A stretch of DNA of 64,000 nucleotides from Eledone cirrhosa (Eukaryota). The notes under the pieces are model-generated. The model was not told the origin of the DNA, searched no databases, and worked only from the letters and a program-made list of their open reading frames with translations. Of this stretch, positions 52,606 to 64,000 are shown one piece after another (position 1 is the first letter of the stretch; each line of letters begins with the position of its first letter). The position numbers were made by a program, and so were the translations under genes. The stretch lies in contig OZ024743.1 in the NCBI GenBank assembly GCA_964016885.1, positions 257,982,001-258,046,000 on the forward strand, in the 5' to 3' direction.

Positions 52606-53043
52606 ATCATCATCATCACCGTTTTACGTCCATTCTTCCACGCTAGCATAGGTTAGACGGGTTGTCCTCTTGTGGGCAGTATCCGGTTGGCTGACCTTGT
52701 CTTGCTCATACGGGAACTGATTCTGGCTTGATTTCTACAGCTGGATGCCCTTCTTAACACCAACCTCATTTACAGTGAGTGCTGGGTGCTTTTTTTCTGT
52801 GGCGCCTACACGTCCACTTTACAGTGTGGGCTGGATGCTTTTTCCATGGTATCTCCATGACCAATTTGCAGTGGAATGATAGGGACCCCAGTCCTATCAT
52901 CTCATTTCTACAGCTGTGTAAACTTGAGCAATGTGAAATAAAGTGTCTTGCTCAAGGAAACAACACATGACCCGGTCCGAGAAATGAACTCACAACCTTT
53001 CAATTGCAAGCCCAATGCTCTAGCCACTAAGCCATGTGCCTTC
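52606..53043 (-). mobile_element. Young CORE-like SINE with the full family B 3' UTR/tail
   Basis: Same head as the other SINE copies. Its 3' half matches 30449-30720 and 31735-31971. Confidence 0.85.
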
Positions 53044-53057
53044 ATATATATATATAT

Positions 53058-53517
53058 ACAAGCAAATTATAAATGTAAACATGTAAGTATGTTTTTGAAA
53101 CGGTGCGCGAGTTTGAAATTAGAAATTAGAAATTATAAGCTTTCACTGTATTTTAGACTAAAGAAATTTCTAGCCTGATAGTGGGGTTTATAACCCTCGG
53201 AGAAATGGAAAAAGATGAGTGTTGCCGTACATGGGAGTCGAACCCACATCTTTGGTTATCCAGACCACTGTGCTACTATTACACCAATACACATCCCATC
53301 TCCTTCTATTCGAATTAGAAGCTATGAACTTAGCAAGTGAATGATAAACAAGCAAATTATAAATGTAAACATGTAAGTAAGTTTTTGAAACGGTGCGCGA
53401 GTTTGAAATTAGAAATTAGAAATTATAAGCTTTCACCGTATTTTAGACTAAAGAAATTTTTAGCCTGATAGTGGGGTTTATAATCCTCGGAGAAATGGAA
53501 AAAGATGAGTGTTGCCG

Positions 53518-53519
<2 letters not shown>
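53058..53519 (-). repeat. 1.6 copies of a 290-bp unit containing a tRNA-like sequence
   Basis: 53058-53229 is repeated at 53348-53519 with few differences. TA dinucleotide runs flank both sides. Confidence 0.9.
53223..53293 (-). pseudogene. tRNA-like cloverleaf (anticodon position GGA, short variable arm) followed by a T5 terminator
   Basis: D-stem GTGT/GCAC, anticodon stem TGGT/ACCA, T-arm GTGGG-TTCGACT-CCCAT, partial acceptor stem, TTTTT 10 nt downstream. Confidence 0.65.
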
Positions 53520-53549
<30 letters not shown>

Positions 53550-53551
<2 letters not shown>

Positions 53552-54428
53552 GGGTGCAGACGATATTTGTTCGCAAGATTACTGTCTAGGAAAAAATAAC
53601 ACAGTAGTTTTATTTTTTAAGATATATTTATCAAACTTGGGTCAGTTTGTTTTCATGACTTGTTCTTTCGATCTCACTCGATAAACCCGCCATTGGCTTT
53701 GATGGCGGCCTCAGAACCGGCTACATGCCTTCGTCACTGTCCCTCGACTTAGGCCCCTAAAGGCACTTGTTATCCTGGCCTTCAGATCGTCTTTCGTATT
53801 GCAGATAGATCTGTTGGTGTCTTGTTCCACTGCGCCTCACACAAAGAAGTCGAGGGGTTGCAGTCAGGCGAGCTGGGAGGCCAGATGTCAGGAGAAGTGT
53901 GGTCGATGAAGTACTCTGACAGCCAGGCTTGGGTCATTCGGCTGGTATGGCAGGGCACTGAGTCTTGCTACCACACGTACGGCCTACCTGCAGTTACCTG
54001 GTCGATCCAGGGCTTTACTACCTTGCTCAGAAGGCGGATGTAGCCATCGGTGTTCAGCTTGAGGCCCTCAGGGAAGAAGTGAGGTGGCATGTCATCACCT
54101 TGACTGCTGACGACACCTAAGACCAATGTTGTCGCTGGAAACTTTGTCTGTATGACTCTGGGCATGTCTTTGGATGAGACACCATTCTCCTGCTGACGCT
54201 GAGAAAGTCTAAAATTTCCTTATTTGACCTCCCGGGCGGATTCCAAGAAGAACTCCGTGTCTCTTTCACAAATTTGGAGGTTCAAAATTATTCATAATCA
54301 ATTATTCTGAAAATAAATAATGGAAATATATTCATTGGTCTTATGAAGACAAGAGTGACAACGGAAGTAAAAATAATTTGCATAAAATTAGCAGTTGAAA
54401 ATTGCGAACAAATATCGTCCTCACCCTG
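53550..54428 (-). mobile_element. Tc1/mariner DD37D (maT-type) transposon, internally deleted
   Basis: 27-bp TIRs CAGGGTG..GACGATATTTGTTCGCAA. The transposase relic reads W*QDSVPCH...WPPSSPDCNPLD with 37 residues between the second and third Asp. TA lies on the right flank. Confidence 0.88.
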
Positions 54429-54442
54429 TATATATATATATA

Positions 54443-54500
<58 letters not shown>

Positions 54501-54510
54501 ATATATATAT

Positions 54511-54884
54511 TAGCAAGCATGCTCCGTTGGATGTGCAGTGTAAGTGTGCGCGAACGACCTAGCATAAATGTGTTGAGAGAGAAACTGTGTCTGAGAGGGA
54601 TAGAATGTAGTGTGCGGGAGAGGAGACTGAAGTGGTATGGACATGTGATGCGCATGGAGGATGACCGATGGGTGAAGAAGTGCCAGGAAATGCCAGTTGA
54701 AGGAAGACATGGTGGAGGTAGACCACGAAAAACATGGGCGGAGGTGGTGAGAACAGATCTCAGATCATCGAAGCTCACGGTGGCGATGACAAAGGACCGT
54801 GACGAGTGGAGAGATGTTGTGCTGAATAAGACCTGTCCCACCCTTGCAAGCAGGGAAATGCTGACGTAAAATGATAATGATGAT
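54511..54884 (+). mobile_element. 5'-truncated RTE family A
   Basis: ASMLRWMC...RRLKWYGHVMR...PTLASREMLT* with tail, in (TA)n. Confidence 0.85.
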
Positions 54885-54910
54885 ATATATTATATATATA
54901 TATATATAAT

Positions 54911-55258
54911 GGAGTCACATGGCTTAGTGGTTAGAGCATTGGCCTTGCAATCGAAAGGTTGTGAGTTCAATTGTCAGACTGCGTGATGTGTTGTTTCCTT
55001 GAGCAAGACACTTTATTTCACATTGCCCCAGTTTACTCAGCTGTAGAAATGAGATGATAGGGACTGGGGTCCATATCATTCCACTGCAAAGTGGTCGTGC
55101 AGGTGCCACGGCAAAAAAGCAGCCAGCACTCACTGTAAATGAGGTTGGTGTTAGGAAGGGCATCCAGCTGTAGAAATCAAGCCATAATCAGTTCCCATCC
55201 CACCCTTGCAAGCAGGGAAAAAGCAGACATAAAATTAAATGATGATGATGATGCTGAT
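54911..55258 (+). mobile_element. Young CORE-like SINE, A-type tail
   Basis: Same family as 63661-63988. Confidence 0.85.
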
Positions 55259-55274
55259 ATATATTATATATATA

Positions 55275-55317
<43 letters not shown>

Positions 55318-55321
<4 letters not shown>

Positions 55322-56565
55322 TAACTCGTCTAAGATTAAAGTTCTAGTTTGTAGGAAGGAAAATAGGGCACCGGTCCCATCTGGGAAATGGCCATGCTCA
55401 GTGTGTAGGAAAGGAGTAGGCAGAAACTCCATTTTATGTCCCAAATGCAAAGTATGGGTGCATAAAAGATGCAGTGGGATCACAGGTAAGCTAACTAAGA
55501 ATATAGATTTTATATGTAGCCGGTGCTTTGGTGCAATAACTAGCAACAAGTGCCCACAGAATACGAGCTCATTCCATTGCACAGATGGTTCTATAGAAAT
55601 AGTGGACACCTTCCGTTACCTGGGTGACAAAATCAGCAGTGGGGGAGGGTGCTTTGAAAGTACAGTAGCTAGAGGCAGAACGGGATGGAAAAATTTCAGA
55701 GAGCTTATACCACTATTGGCCGCTAAAGGGTTCTCTCTAAAAATGAAGGCAGGCTGTATGATGCCTGCATACGAACAGCAATGTTACATGGCAGTGAGAC
55801 CTGGGCATTGTGTGCAGAGGATATACGCAGACTGGAGAGAAACGAAGCTTGCATGCTCCGCTGGATGTGTAAGAGTAATATACGTGAACGGCAAAGCATA
55901 AACGAACTAAGGGAGTAATTAGGAATAAGAGGGATCAGATGTTGTTTACTCGAGAGAAGACTACGTTGGTATGGACACGTGATGCGCATGAAGGACGACA
56001 GCTGTATAAAAAAGTGCAGGGCGATAAAAATAGATGGTAGCCACGGAGTAGGCAGACCCAGAAAAACCTAGGACGACCTGATAAATTCCGACCTCACACA
56101 CTTACACCTCTCCAAGACAAAGTCACTGGACCGAGATCTTTGCCGCTACACAGTCATACAGAAGACCCGCCTTGCCTAAGTACAAAGCGAAACCTACAGT
56201 CAGTAGGCACCACTAACAAAATACCCCCCATCCGTCCCACTACCCCCACCCCATCCACACCACCCACTTAAATGTGAAGTTATGTTGGTACCACAACATC
56301 CAGTCCGAAACAAATGAGGTCGTGTAGGTGTCACGACAAAAAAACACACAGTCCACGCTGTAATGTGGCCATGTAGGTAACACGGTAAAAACCTCCCAGT
56401 CCCACACTGTAAACGTGGTTGGTGTTAGGAAGGGCATCCAGCCATAGAAAACCCGCCAGACAGTCCTATACGAGCAGGACAACTAATCTTGCCTCAAGTG
56501 GGGAACCTCCCGTCCAGACCCATGCAAGCGTGGAAGTTGGACGTTAAACGATGATGATGATGATG

Positions 56566-56567
<2 letters not shown>
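55318..56567 (+). mobile_element. 5'-truncated RTE family C starting just before the PHD finger
   Basis: KWPCSVCRKGVGRNSILCPKCKVWVHKRC..FICSRC. The 3' UTR matches 36236-36628. Confidence 0.88.
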
Positions 56568-56636
<69 letters not shown>

Positions 56637-56639
56637 ATA

Positions 56640-56866
56640 TCATCATCATCATCATCATCGTTTAACGTCCATCTTCCACGCTTGCATGGGTCTGGACGGG
56701 AGGTTCCCCACTTGAGGCAAGATTTGTTGTCCTGCTCGTATAGGACTGTCTGGCAGGTTTTCTATCGCTGGATGCCCTTCCTAACACCAACCACGTTTAC
56801 AGTGTGGACTGGGAGGTTTTTACCGTGTTACCTACACGGCCACATTACAGCGTGGACTGTGTGTTT
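56640..56866 (-). mobile_element. Family C 3' UTR/tail fragment, inverted relative to 56342-56567
   Basis: Near-perfect reverse complement of 56342-56567. Confidence 0.88.
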
Positions 56867-57027
56867 ATGAATACATATACTCTTTTACTTGTTCCAGCCA
56901 TATATACATATACAACACATTCAGATATTTTAAAGCTCTAATATAATTTTATCAATATCAGAATTTTCACGCAATGGAGACATACGGACATTTGGTAAAA
57001 AAAAAGCCTTTTCTATATTATATATAA

Positions 57028-57100
57028 TTGATTCTGATGATTTCTCTACAGAGGTATTGAGTGCTACATCCTTTGCAGTAGAATGAAACATGTAAATCAA
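57028..57100 (+). ncRNA. Type I hammerhead ribozyme motif
   Basis: Stem I TTGATT/AATCAA, CTGATGA, long stem II TTCT-CTACAGAGG/CCTTTGCAG-AGAA, GAAAC, palindromic stem III ACATGT, GUA triplet. Confidence 0.7.
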
Positions 57101-57144
57101 ATAAATAATGTATTAATTGCTAAACCTTGGTGATCCTTTATTTG

Positions 57145-57210
<66 letters not shown>

Positions 57211-57297
57211 ATAAAAGGTAAACAGAAATAACAACACAATCGGTACAGTATAGGGAAGTAATATATTAGGTTAACGCTTGAAATAGCAGGAAGAGGG

Positions 57298-57333
57298 TCT
57301 TAACGTTTCGGATGCTAGTCCTTCGTCAGAAGA
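57298..57333 (-). ncRNA. Minimal hammerhead motif (Penelope type)
   Basis: Minus strand TCTT-CTGACGAA-GGA-CTAGCA-TCC-GAAACGTTA-AGA. Stem I is weak. Confidence 0.6.
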
Positions 57334-57509
57334 ATGAATGAGAAATAAGATAGATTGAAGAGACGGGCGGTGAGGAATTGGAAAAAATGTCTTTAGATAA
57401 ATAATATATTATTTATTATTTGCTCTACGAGTTTATATGTACTTATATATATATATATACAATCCTTATCGAGCCCCCTTCAGGCTTTGGTTTACATAAT
57501 TATTATTGC

Positions 57510-57908
57510 TACATGCGACATCTAGAGAGAAATGAGGCAAGCATGCTCCGTTGGATGTGCAGTGTCAATGTGCGTGAATGACCCAGCATAAATGTGTTGA
57601 GAGAGAAACTGTTTCTGAGAGGGATAGAATGTAGTGTACGGGAGAGGAGACTGAGGTGGTATGGACATGTGATGCGCATGGAGGATGACCGATGGGTGAA
57701 GAAGTGCCAGGAAATGCCAGTTGAAGGAAGACGTGGTAGAGGTAGACCACAAAAAACACGGGTGGAGATGGTGAGAACAGACCTCAGATCATTGAAGCTC
57801 ACGGTGGAGATGACGAAGGACCGTGCCGAGTGGAGAGATACTGTGCTGAATAAGATCCGTCCCACCCTTGCAAGCAGGGAAAAGCGGACATAAAATGATG
57901 ATGATGAT
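57510..57908 (+). mobile_element. 5'-truncated RTE family A
   Basis: LERNEASMLRW...[11 protein letters not shown] with (TGA)n tail. Confidence 0.85.
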
Positions 57909-58587
57909 ACATACACACACACACTCACACACACACTGACATACTCACACACACACGCACTCACGCACACACGCACACACAGATATTGTGGGAGAGAGAG
58001 AGAGAGAGAGAGAGAAAGAAATTGGTCAATAGGATTAGAAAAGGTATTCAGCTGTAGAAACCATGCTAAAACAGGTGTGGTTGTTAGTGTGGTGTAGGGT
58101 CACTGGCCAGTCTGTGTGGGTAGCAGCACTGATTGAGTACTCACTTGGTCAACAATCTAATATAAACTGAAAAGATGTAAAAACCAGAATTACTACTAAT
58201 ACTAATACTCCCACTGCCACCACCACTGGGGTTGTCACCACCACAACAATGTCATCATTGTGTTTCATAGGGGATTACATTGATTATCAATTATCCATGT
58301 AATTTTCTATTATAATTAGAATCATAATTAACTTTCATTGCCTGTAAAGTGTTTATTTAATAATGGCTGTGTTTTATTATCATTGTTAGTTGTCTCTCTG
58401 TATTATTACCATTGTTATTTGCCTCCTCTCTATAAATATATTGTCTAACCGCTCTACTATTATTTCACAGATCTTCGACACTGCATAACTGTTGTGTGTT
58501 TTTACATTTTAGTCATAATAAATTTTAATTACATGTCTATGGAGACATCCAATTTATGTTGTGGTGCATATATAATATAAATGTATG

Positions 58588-58654
<67 letters not shown>

Positions 58655-58695
58655 GCATGCATGCATATGAGTAAATATGTATACATATATATTGA

Positions 58696-58726
<31 letters not shown>

Positions 58727-58839
58727 ATGTATGTTATGCGTATGTGTATATTTATATATATATGTACATATATAATGTATATATTATGTGTATGTGTATC
58801 TTTATATATATATGTGTGTATACATACACACATACACAT

Positions 58840-58879
<40 letters not shown>

Positions 58880-58940
58880 TATATTTATAATGTGTATGTG
58901 TGTATGTATATATATATGTATATATATATATATATAATGT

Positions 58941-58988
<48 letters not shown>

Positions 58989-58991
58989 TAT

Positions 58992-59050
<59 letters not shown>

Positions 59051-59069
59051 TATATAAAATATATATGTA

Positions 59070-59117
<48 letters not shown>

Positions 59118-60129
59118 ACTATTTATTTATGGTCATAATACATACATGTGTACGTGTATGTATGAATGTTTTTGTGCATGCATAGTTATACATACTTTTC
59201 TTTCAAATATTAATGGACTAATGGATTTAGGAACGCTATTGTTCCAAGCCAAACGAAACATAAACAACTAATCAGGAAATATGAAAAATTCTTAATAATT
59301 AAAGGTCAAACTTGAGCAAAATCATGTTTTTAATATAGTGTTTGAAGAATAGCTGTTCCCTATTTACACACACACACATACATATACACACACGCACGCA
59401 CACACATACACACATACACACACATACACACATATATATGATGATTTCTTTAACCCAGTTTCTTTTCTTACTCTCATCTATCCTTCTCTTCTTTTTCTCG
59501 TTTTATCTCCTAATGAAAGACTAACCTCTGAAACATTAAGTCACTTTTCTTACTATATCAAGTGTTAAACTAATATACTTCTTTGTTGTACTGTAGTGTT
59601 CTCCAATGTTGCTTTTCCTTCTTGACTTTTCCCATATGTACATACATACATGTTGTTGCTGGACATCTATTACATTGGATGAGTGCTTCTGCTTGTGAAA
59701 TTCACATGTAAGTGGTTAAGCATTCTACAGGCATGTGCATATTTAACATAGTTCTCGGAGAGATTCACCATAACATAATTTTTGACGGCTGAATGGGTAG
59801 AAACAATGTGAAATAAAGTGTCTTACTTAGAGACACACAACCTTACAATTGTGAAGCCAGCACCATAACACTTCACCACATGACTTCACCACGTGATTTC
59901 ACACACACATTATGTATGTGGATGCTACATGGCTGAATGCTTCAGAAGTTTGTTTCACAATTATTAAGTCCTGGATTTGATTCGAAACTTGTGAGTGAAA
60001 TTGGGTCAACAGAAACTGTTTAAAAACTTCTTCGATGGATTTTAGCTGTAATTCAAAAGGTCAGGTTTGTTATATTATTAAATCTCTCCGAATTTTTCAT
60101 TCATAAGTAAAATTCTCTACCTGAGAGAA

Positions 60130-60510
60130 CTAGCCACAAGCAATCAAGCAATATACATGGCAATGACTAAAATGCACCTGACAACTAGCATAGCAGATGC
60201 AGAAATACATATACCAAAGTATACTGTATTTTGTACTGACAGGAGAAGCAGAACTCGTGGTGGATTTGCTTTCTACATCGGTGAAGTTGTCATGCCCATT
60301 GTATTGTTGAGACATTCCCACTCTGTCTGTGACATACTGATAGTACATATAAAGGAACTCAAAATGGTAATATCTGTCACATATTAGCCACCAGATGCCC
60401 CTAGTCATGAAGTTAAATTTGGAGATAGCCTCAGTAAGATGGAAGTCCTTAACAAACTGGATCAGAGTCTCAACGTACTGCTGCTGGGAGACTTTAACAT
60501 TCCCAGGGTC
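60130..60510 (+). pseudogene. APE endonuclease fragment of a CR1/L2/Jockey-group LINE
   Basis: IHIPKYTVFCTDRRSRTRGG..YI, VTY*PP and LLLGDFNIP. Confidence 0.7.
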
Positions 60511-60986
60511 AAAAAATTTTAACTACATATATAGATATATATAACAAAGGTTCTTTCATATGTATACAGGGCTTCCATAGATAAAAATTCAAAGAAAACA
60601 ATGCTCAATCTATTGCAAGAGAGCTTATCTAGTGGTGGCCATAACTGGACCCCAAAACCACCGGTCACACATACATGTTAATTGTATGAAACTTTATTTA
60701 TGCTATGTTTTGTTGGTTTTGGGGTCCAGTTATGGCCACCGCTAGATAAGCTCTCTTGCAATAGATTGAGCATTGTTTTCTTTGAATTTTTATCTATGGA
60801 AGCCCTGTATACATATGTAAGAACCTTTGTTATATAGAGCTATATATGTAGTTATATAAAAATGTTTGACCCTGGGAATGTTAAAGTTTCCCAGCAGCAG
60901 TATGTTAAGACTTTGATCCAGTTTGTTAAGGACCTCTTCCATCTTACTGAGGCTATCTTCAAATTTAACTTCATGACTAGGGGCAT
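60395..60986. repeat. Inverted repeat with arms of about 265 bp (60395-60660 and 60714-60986) and a 53-bp spacer
   Basis: Direct reverse-complement reading. Confidence 0.9.
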
Positions 60987-62089
60987 ATATATATAAATAT
61001 ATAGTTTTGAAAGAACCTGCATGGCTATGCTATGTCTTTTGAATAGGAACTCAAAACAGAGGGGCACACAGGACAAAGACAAGGGAAAAAGTGACAGTCT
61101 CATTTCCTCAGTCACCATTTGGAAATCACTGGTTTCAGTACATTAAGGTTGATACTATTTATTCCAGTATATATATGTGTGTGTGTATTATATTTTCAGA
61201 ATAGTATGTTATATCATGAAGATTCATGTTCCCGAATCAACCAAAAGTGAAAGCGGAGGGAGGTGGTGATAAGGAGGAAAGTGAAAGCATAAAATTGCAT
61301 AGTTTTATCAAAAGAGGTATTATAGATCTATTGAGTGATCAGTATGAGACAACCCAGAATATAACGTCTATAACAACAGTAGAGGTAGTAGTAGTAGTAG
61401 TAGTGGCAGTAGTAATGGTGGGAGTAGTGGTGGTGGCAGTGGTAATAGCAGTAGTCATGCCGAAATGTAGTTGAGATTGTAAAAATGATACAACAGTTGG
61501 GCAGATAAGGCAGTAGGCAGATGGAAGTAAATAAAGAAAGTATGATATGAAATAAATGTTTTCTAAAACCAAATACATGTTCTCACTGTATTGAAGCTCA
61601 GAAGTTGTACAAGAACTTCAAATACAGCATGTGAGAAAAAAAAAAGCAATAACCATTTAAAAAAAAAACAAGCAAGAAACTAAGGCGGAAGGAAAAAAAA
61701 GCACAACTGATTTTCTTTGAGACAAGCGATTCAAGATATCAGATATGGATTATTGGTAAGAATTTGACCTAGTAAGAGAAAAAAAGAAATAATATTTTAA
61801 GAGGAGCTAGTATCTTGTAATATTTTTATAACTGGCATTGAAAATGTGGTAACAGAGTGGTAGGATGAATAAACACAATGTTGATTGATGTGGTAGCTAG
61901 TTACTTCACGGGAAGAATTTGGTAAGGATGAAATACAAATCATCATGTCTGTCGCTTTCAACATCATCAACAGCATCTTAATCGGCGTCATTGTCGTCTT
62001 AATTTTAGTCTTCATCATCATCGCCATCTTCTTTCTCCTCCCCCTCTTCTTCCTCTGTTTCCTTTTCATGTTATGGCTGCTTCTCTGTA

Positions 62090-62840
62090 CTCGCATGTGC
62101 TGGATGAGTCTTCTCCAGTATACAGCATCACTCAACTTATTTCTTACCTTAGTCATCTCTTTTGTGAGGTTTTTGAGATCAGCTTTCAAAACATCTGCCC
62201 ATGACCTCCTTTCACTTGCAACACTTGGTACTTCTTCACCTAACCATTATCTTTATCATCATTTTTACATGTTTTTCCATGGCTCACATGGATTAGGCAG
62301 GACTCCATGTAGATTAGATGGAACTCCACATGGATTAGACATACTCTGCGTGGATTTGAAAGGATTTGGTGTGGATTAGACAGGACATTTCCAGTATAGC
62401 TCCTCACCACTTGTCAAATTCCTTTGTCATCTCTTTTGTAAACCCCAGCATTTTGAGATCATTTTTCATCACCTTGGCCCACATTGCTTTTGGTCTACAT
62501 CTTCCATGGCTTACTTCCATCTGGAACTCCTAGCAGTTCTTCTCCCAATAATCATGTCCATACCAATGCAACCTAACTCCAGCACACCATGTTTAATTCC
62601 TTTTATATCTAGTTTTTCTCTGAACTCATCCTTGCTTTGCTGTTCATGAACAATAACATTACATACCCAGCGAAGTATGTTTGAATCATTTCTTGCTAGC
62701 TTTTTCATATTCTCTACATTTAAGGCCCATGACTCACTATCATACAGCATTGCACTATGTACACAGACATCATACAGTTTACCCTTTGCTCCGAGCAAGA
62801 AGCCTTTAATTATCAACATAGATAGTAGCTCCCTAAACGA
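62090..62840 (-). pseudogene. Old RTE thumb/3' fragments
   Basis: KGKLYDVCVHSAMLYDSESWALNVENMKKLARND. Confidence 0.65.
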
Positions 62841-63015
62841 AACAACAAATGGGAAAAAAAATTAACAAAAATCAATGACATAAACAGGGATTCGCCTGTC
62901 ATCAACTGTCAATTTGATATCTTTGGACTTATTGTTATGACACCAATAACAATACTACTTCATCTGACACTGTGAAAAATGTTAAAAATTAATTTTAACA
63001 CTGCTCGGAAGTTGT

Positions 63016-63045
<30 letters not shown>

Positions 63046-63046
<1 letters not shown>

Positions 63047-63250
63047 CATCATCATCATCATCATCATCTTCGTTTAACGTCCACTTTCCACTCTAGCATG
63101 GGTTAGACGGGAGTTGTCCCACTTGAGGCAAGGTTGGTCGGGTGACCGTGTCTCGCTCATATAGGACTATCTGGCAGGTTTTCTACAGCTGGATGCGCTT
63201 CCTAACACCAACCACATTTACAGTGTGGAACTGAGAACTTTTTACCCGCA
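63046..63250 (-). mobile_element. Family C-like 3' UTR/tail fragment
   Basis: (CAT)n CGTTTAACGTCCAC...CCACTTGAGGCAAG...GGATGCGCTTCCTAACACC. Confidence 0.75.
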
Positions 63251-63408
63251 CCACCAACTTATCAGCACACTCACCCACCCACATACACTACAGGCAGAAA
63301 CATCCCTCTGAATTAACCCACCAATCAAAGCAAATTTCCCTGACCACCATAGGAACATCAGACTTTCTCATACGCCATGTATAATCATTTTTTCATTACC
63401 ATGTAAGC

Positions 63409-63493
63409 GGTCTGACGAGCCGTGGATTACAGAGTCGGGCTAGATCAATACAGATCAAACCTTGAGCTGATCAGTAGCGAAATAGTTGTCACC
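63409..63493 (+). ncRNA. Type I hammerhead motif, same family as 28328-28423
   Basis: GGT-CTGACGA-GC...GC-GAAA-TAGTTG-TC-ACC. It shares loop sequences TTACAGAGTC and GAGCTGATC with the 28.3 kb copy. Confidence 0.65.
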
Positions 63494-63660
63494 AACCAAT
63501 AAATGGAATGAAGGAGTAACCAATTGTCCTTGTTTTATTTTACTATAATACACTCTGTCTAGCTCTACACCTCGACACAGAAGTGAACCTAAACATCGAG
63601 TGCTCACCCGGATGACCCTACAGTGACCCCAAGTTACACTCCTTGGATATATATATATAT

Positions 63661-63988
63661 ATGGCTTAGTGGTTAGAGCATTGGCCTTGCAATCAAAAGG
63701 TTGTGAGTTCAATTCTCAGATCGGGTGATGTGTTGTTTCCTTGAGCAAGACACTTTATTTCACATTGCTCCAGTTTACTCAGCTGTAGAAATGAGATGAT
63801 AGGGACTGGGATCCATATCATTCCACTGCAAAGTGGTCGTGGAGGTGCCACAGCAAAAAAGCACCTAGCACCCACTGTAAATGAGGTTGGTGTTAAGAAG
63901 GGCATCCAGCTGTAGAAATCAAGCCAGAATCAGTTCCCGTCCCACTCTTGCAAGCAGGGAAAAGCGGACGTAAAATGATGATGATGAT
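63661..63988 (+). mobile_element. Young CORE-like SINE, A-type tail
   Basis: A and B boxes, TCCTTGAGCAAGACACTTTATTTCACATTGCTCCAG, family B UTR module, family A tail. Confidence 0.85.
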
Positions 63989-64000
63989 ATATGAAGTTGA

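Overview
Eukaryotic, AT-rich, almost wholly repeat-derived DNA. I recognise no host gene. The SINE families and the (TA)n/(CA)n load suggest an octopus-type cephalopod, which is an inference. The first 17 kb is a cluster of LINEs joined by (TAA/ATT)n arrays. It holds a Tx1/L1-clade element with an open ORF2 but a mutated endonuclease catalytic Asp, an apparently intact R4/Dong-clade RLE retrotransposon plus a truncated copy, and a frameshifted RTE/BovB-like element with two C2H2 fingers. The rest contains many copies of three related RTE-clade families (A, B, C) that carry a PHD-type C4HC3 finger inside the reverse transcriptase. It also has a young tRNA-headed SINE with two different LINE tails, Meta-domain SINEs, Penelope-like GIY-YIG remnants, several type I hammerhead ribozyme motifs, two head-to-head Helitrons, a DD37D (maT) transposon relic and a 290-bp partial-tandem tRNA-like unit. 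The most interesting signals are the PHD-in-RT RTE families with their tail-swapped SINE, the permuted tRNA-like unit, and the hammerhead/palindrome elements. Repeat boundaries are read by eye and are approximate.
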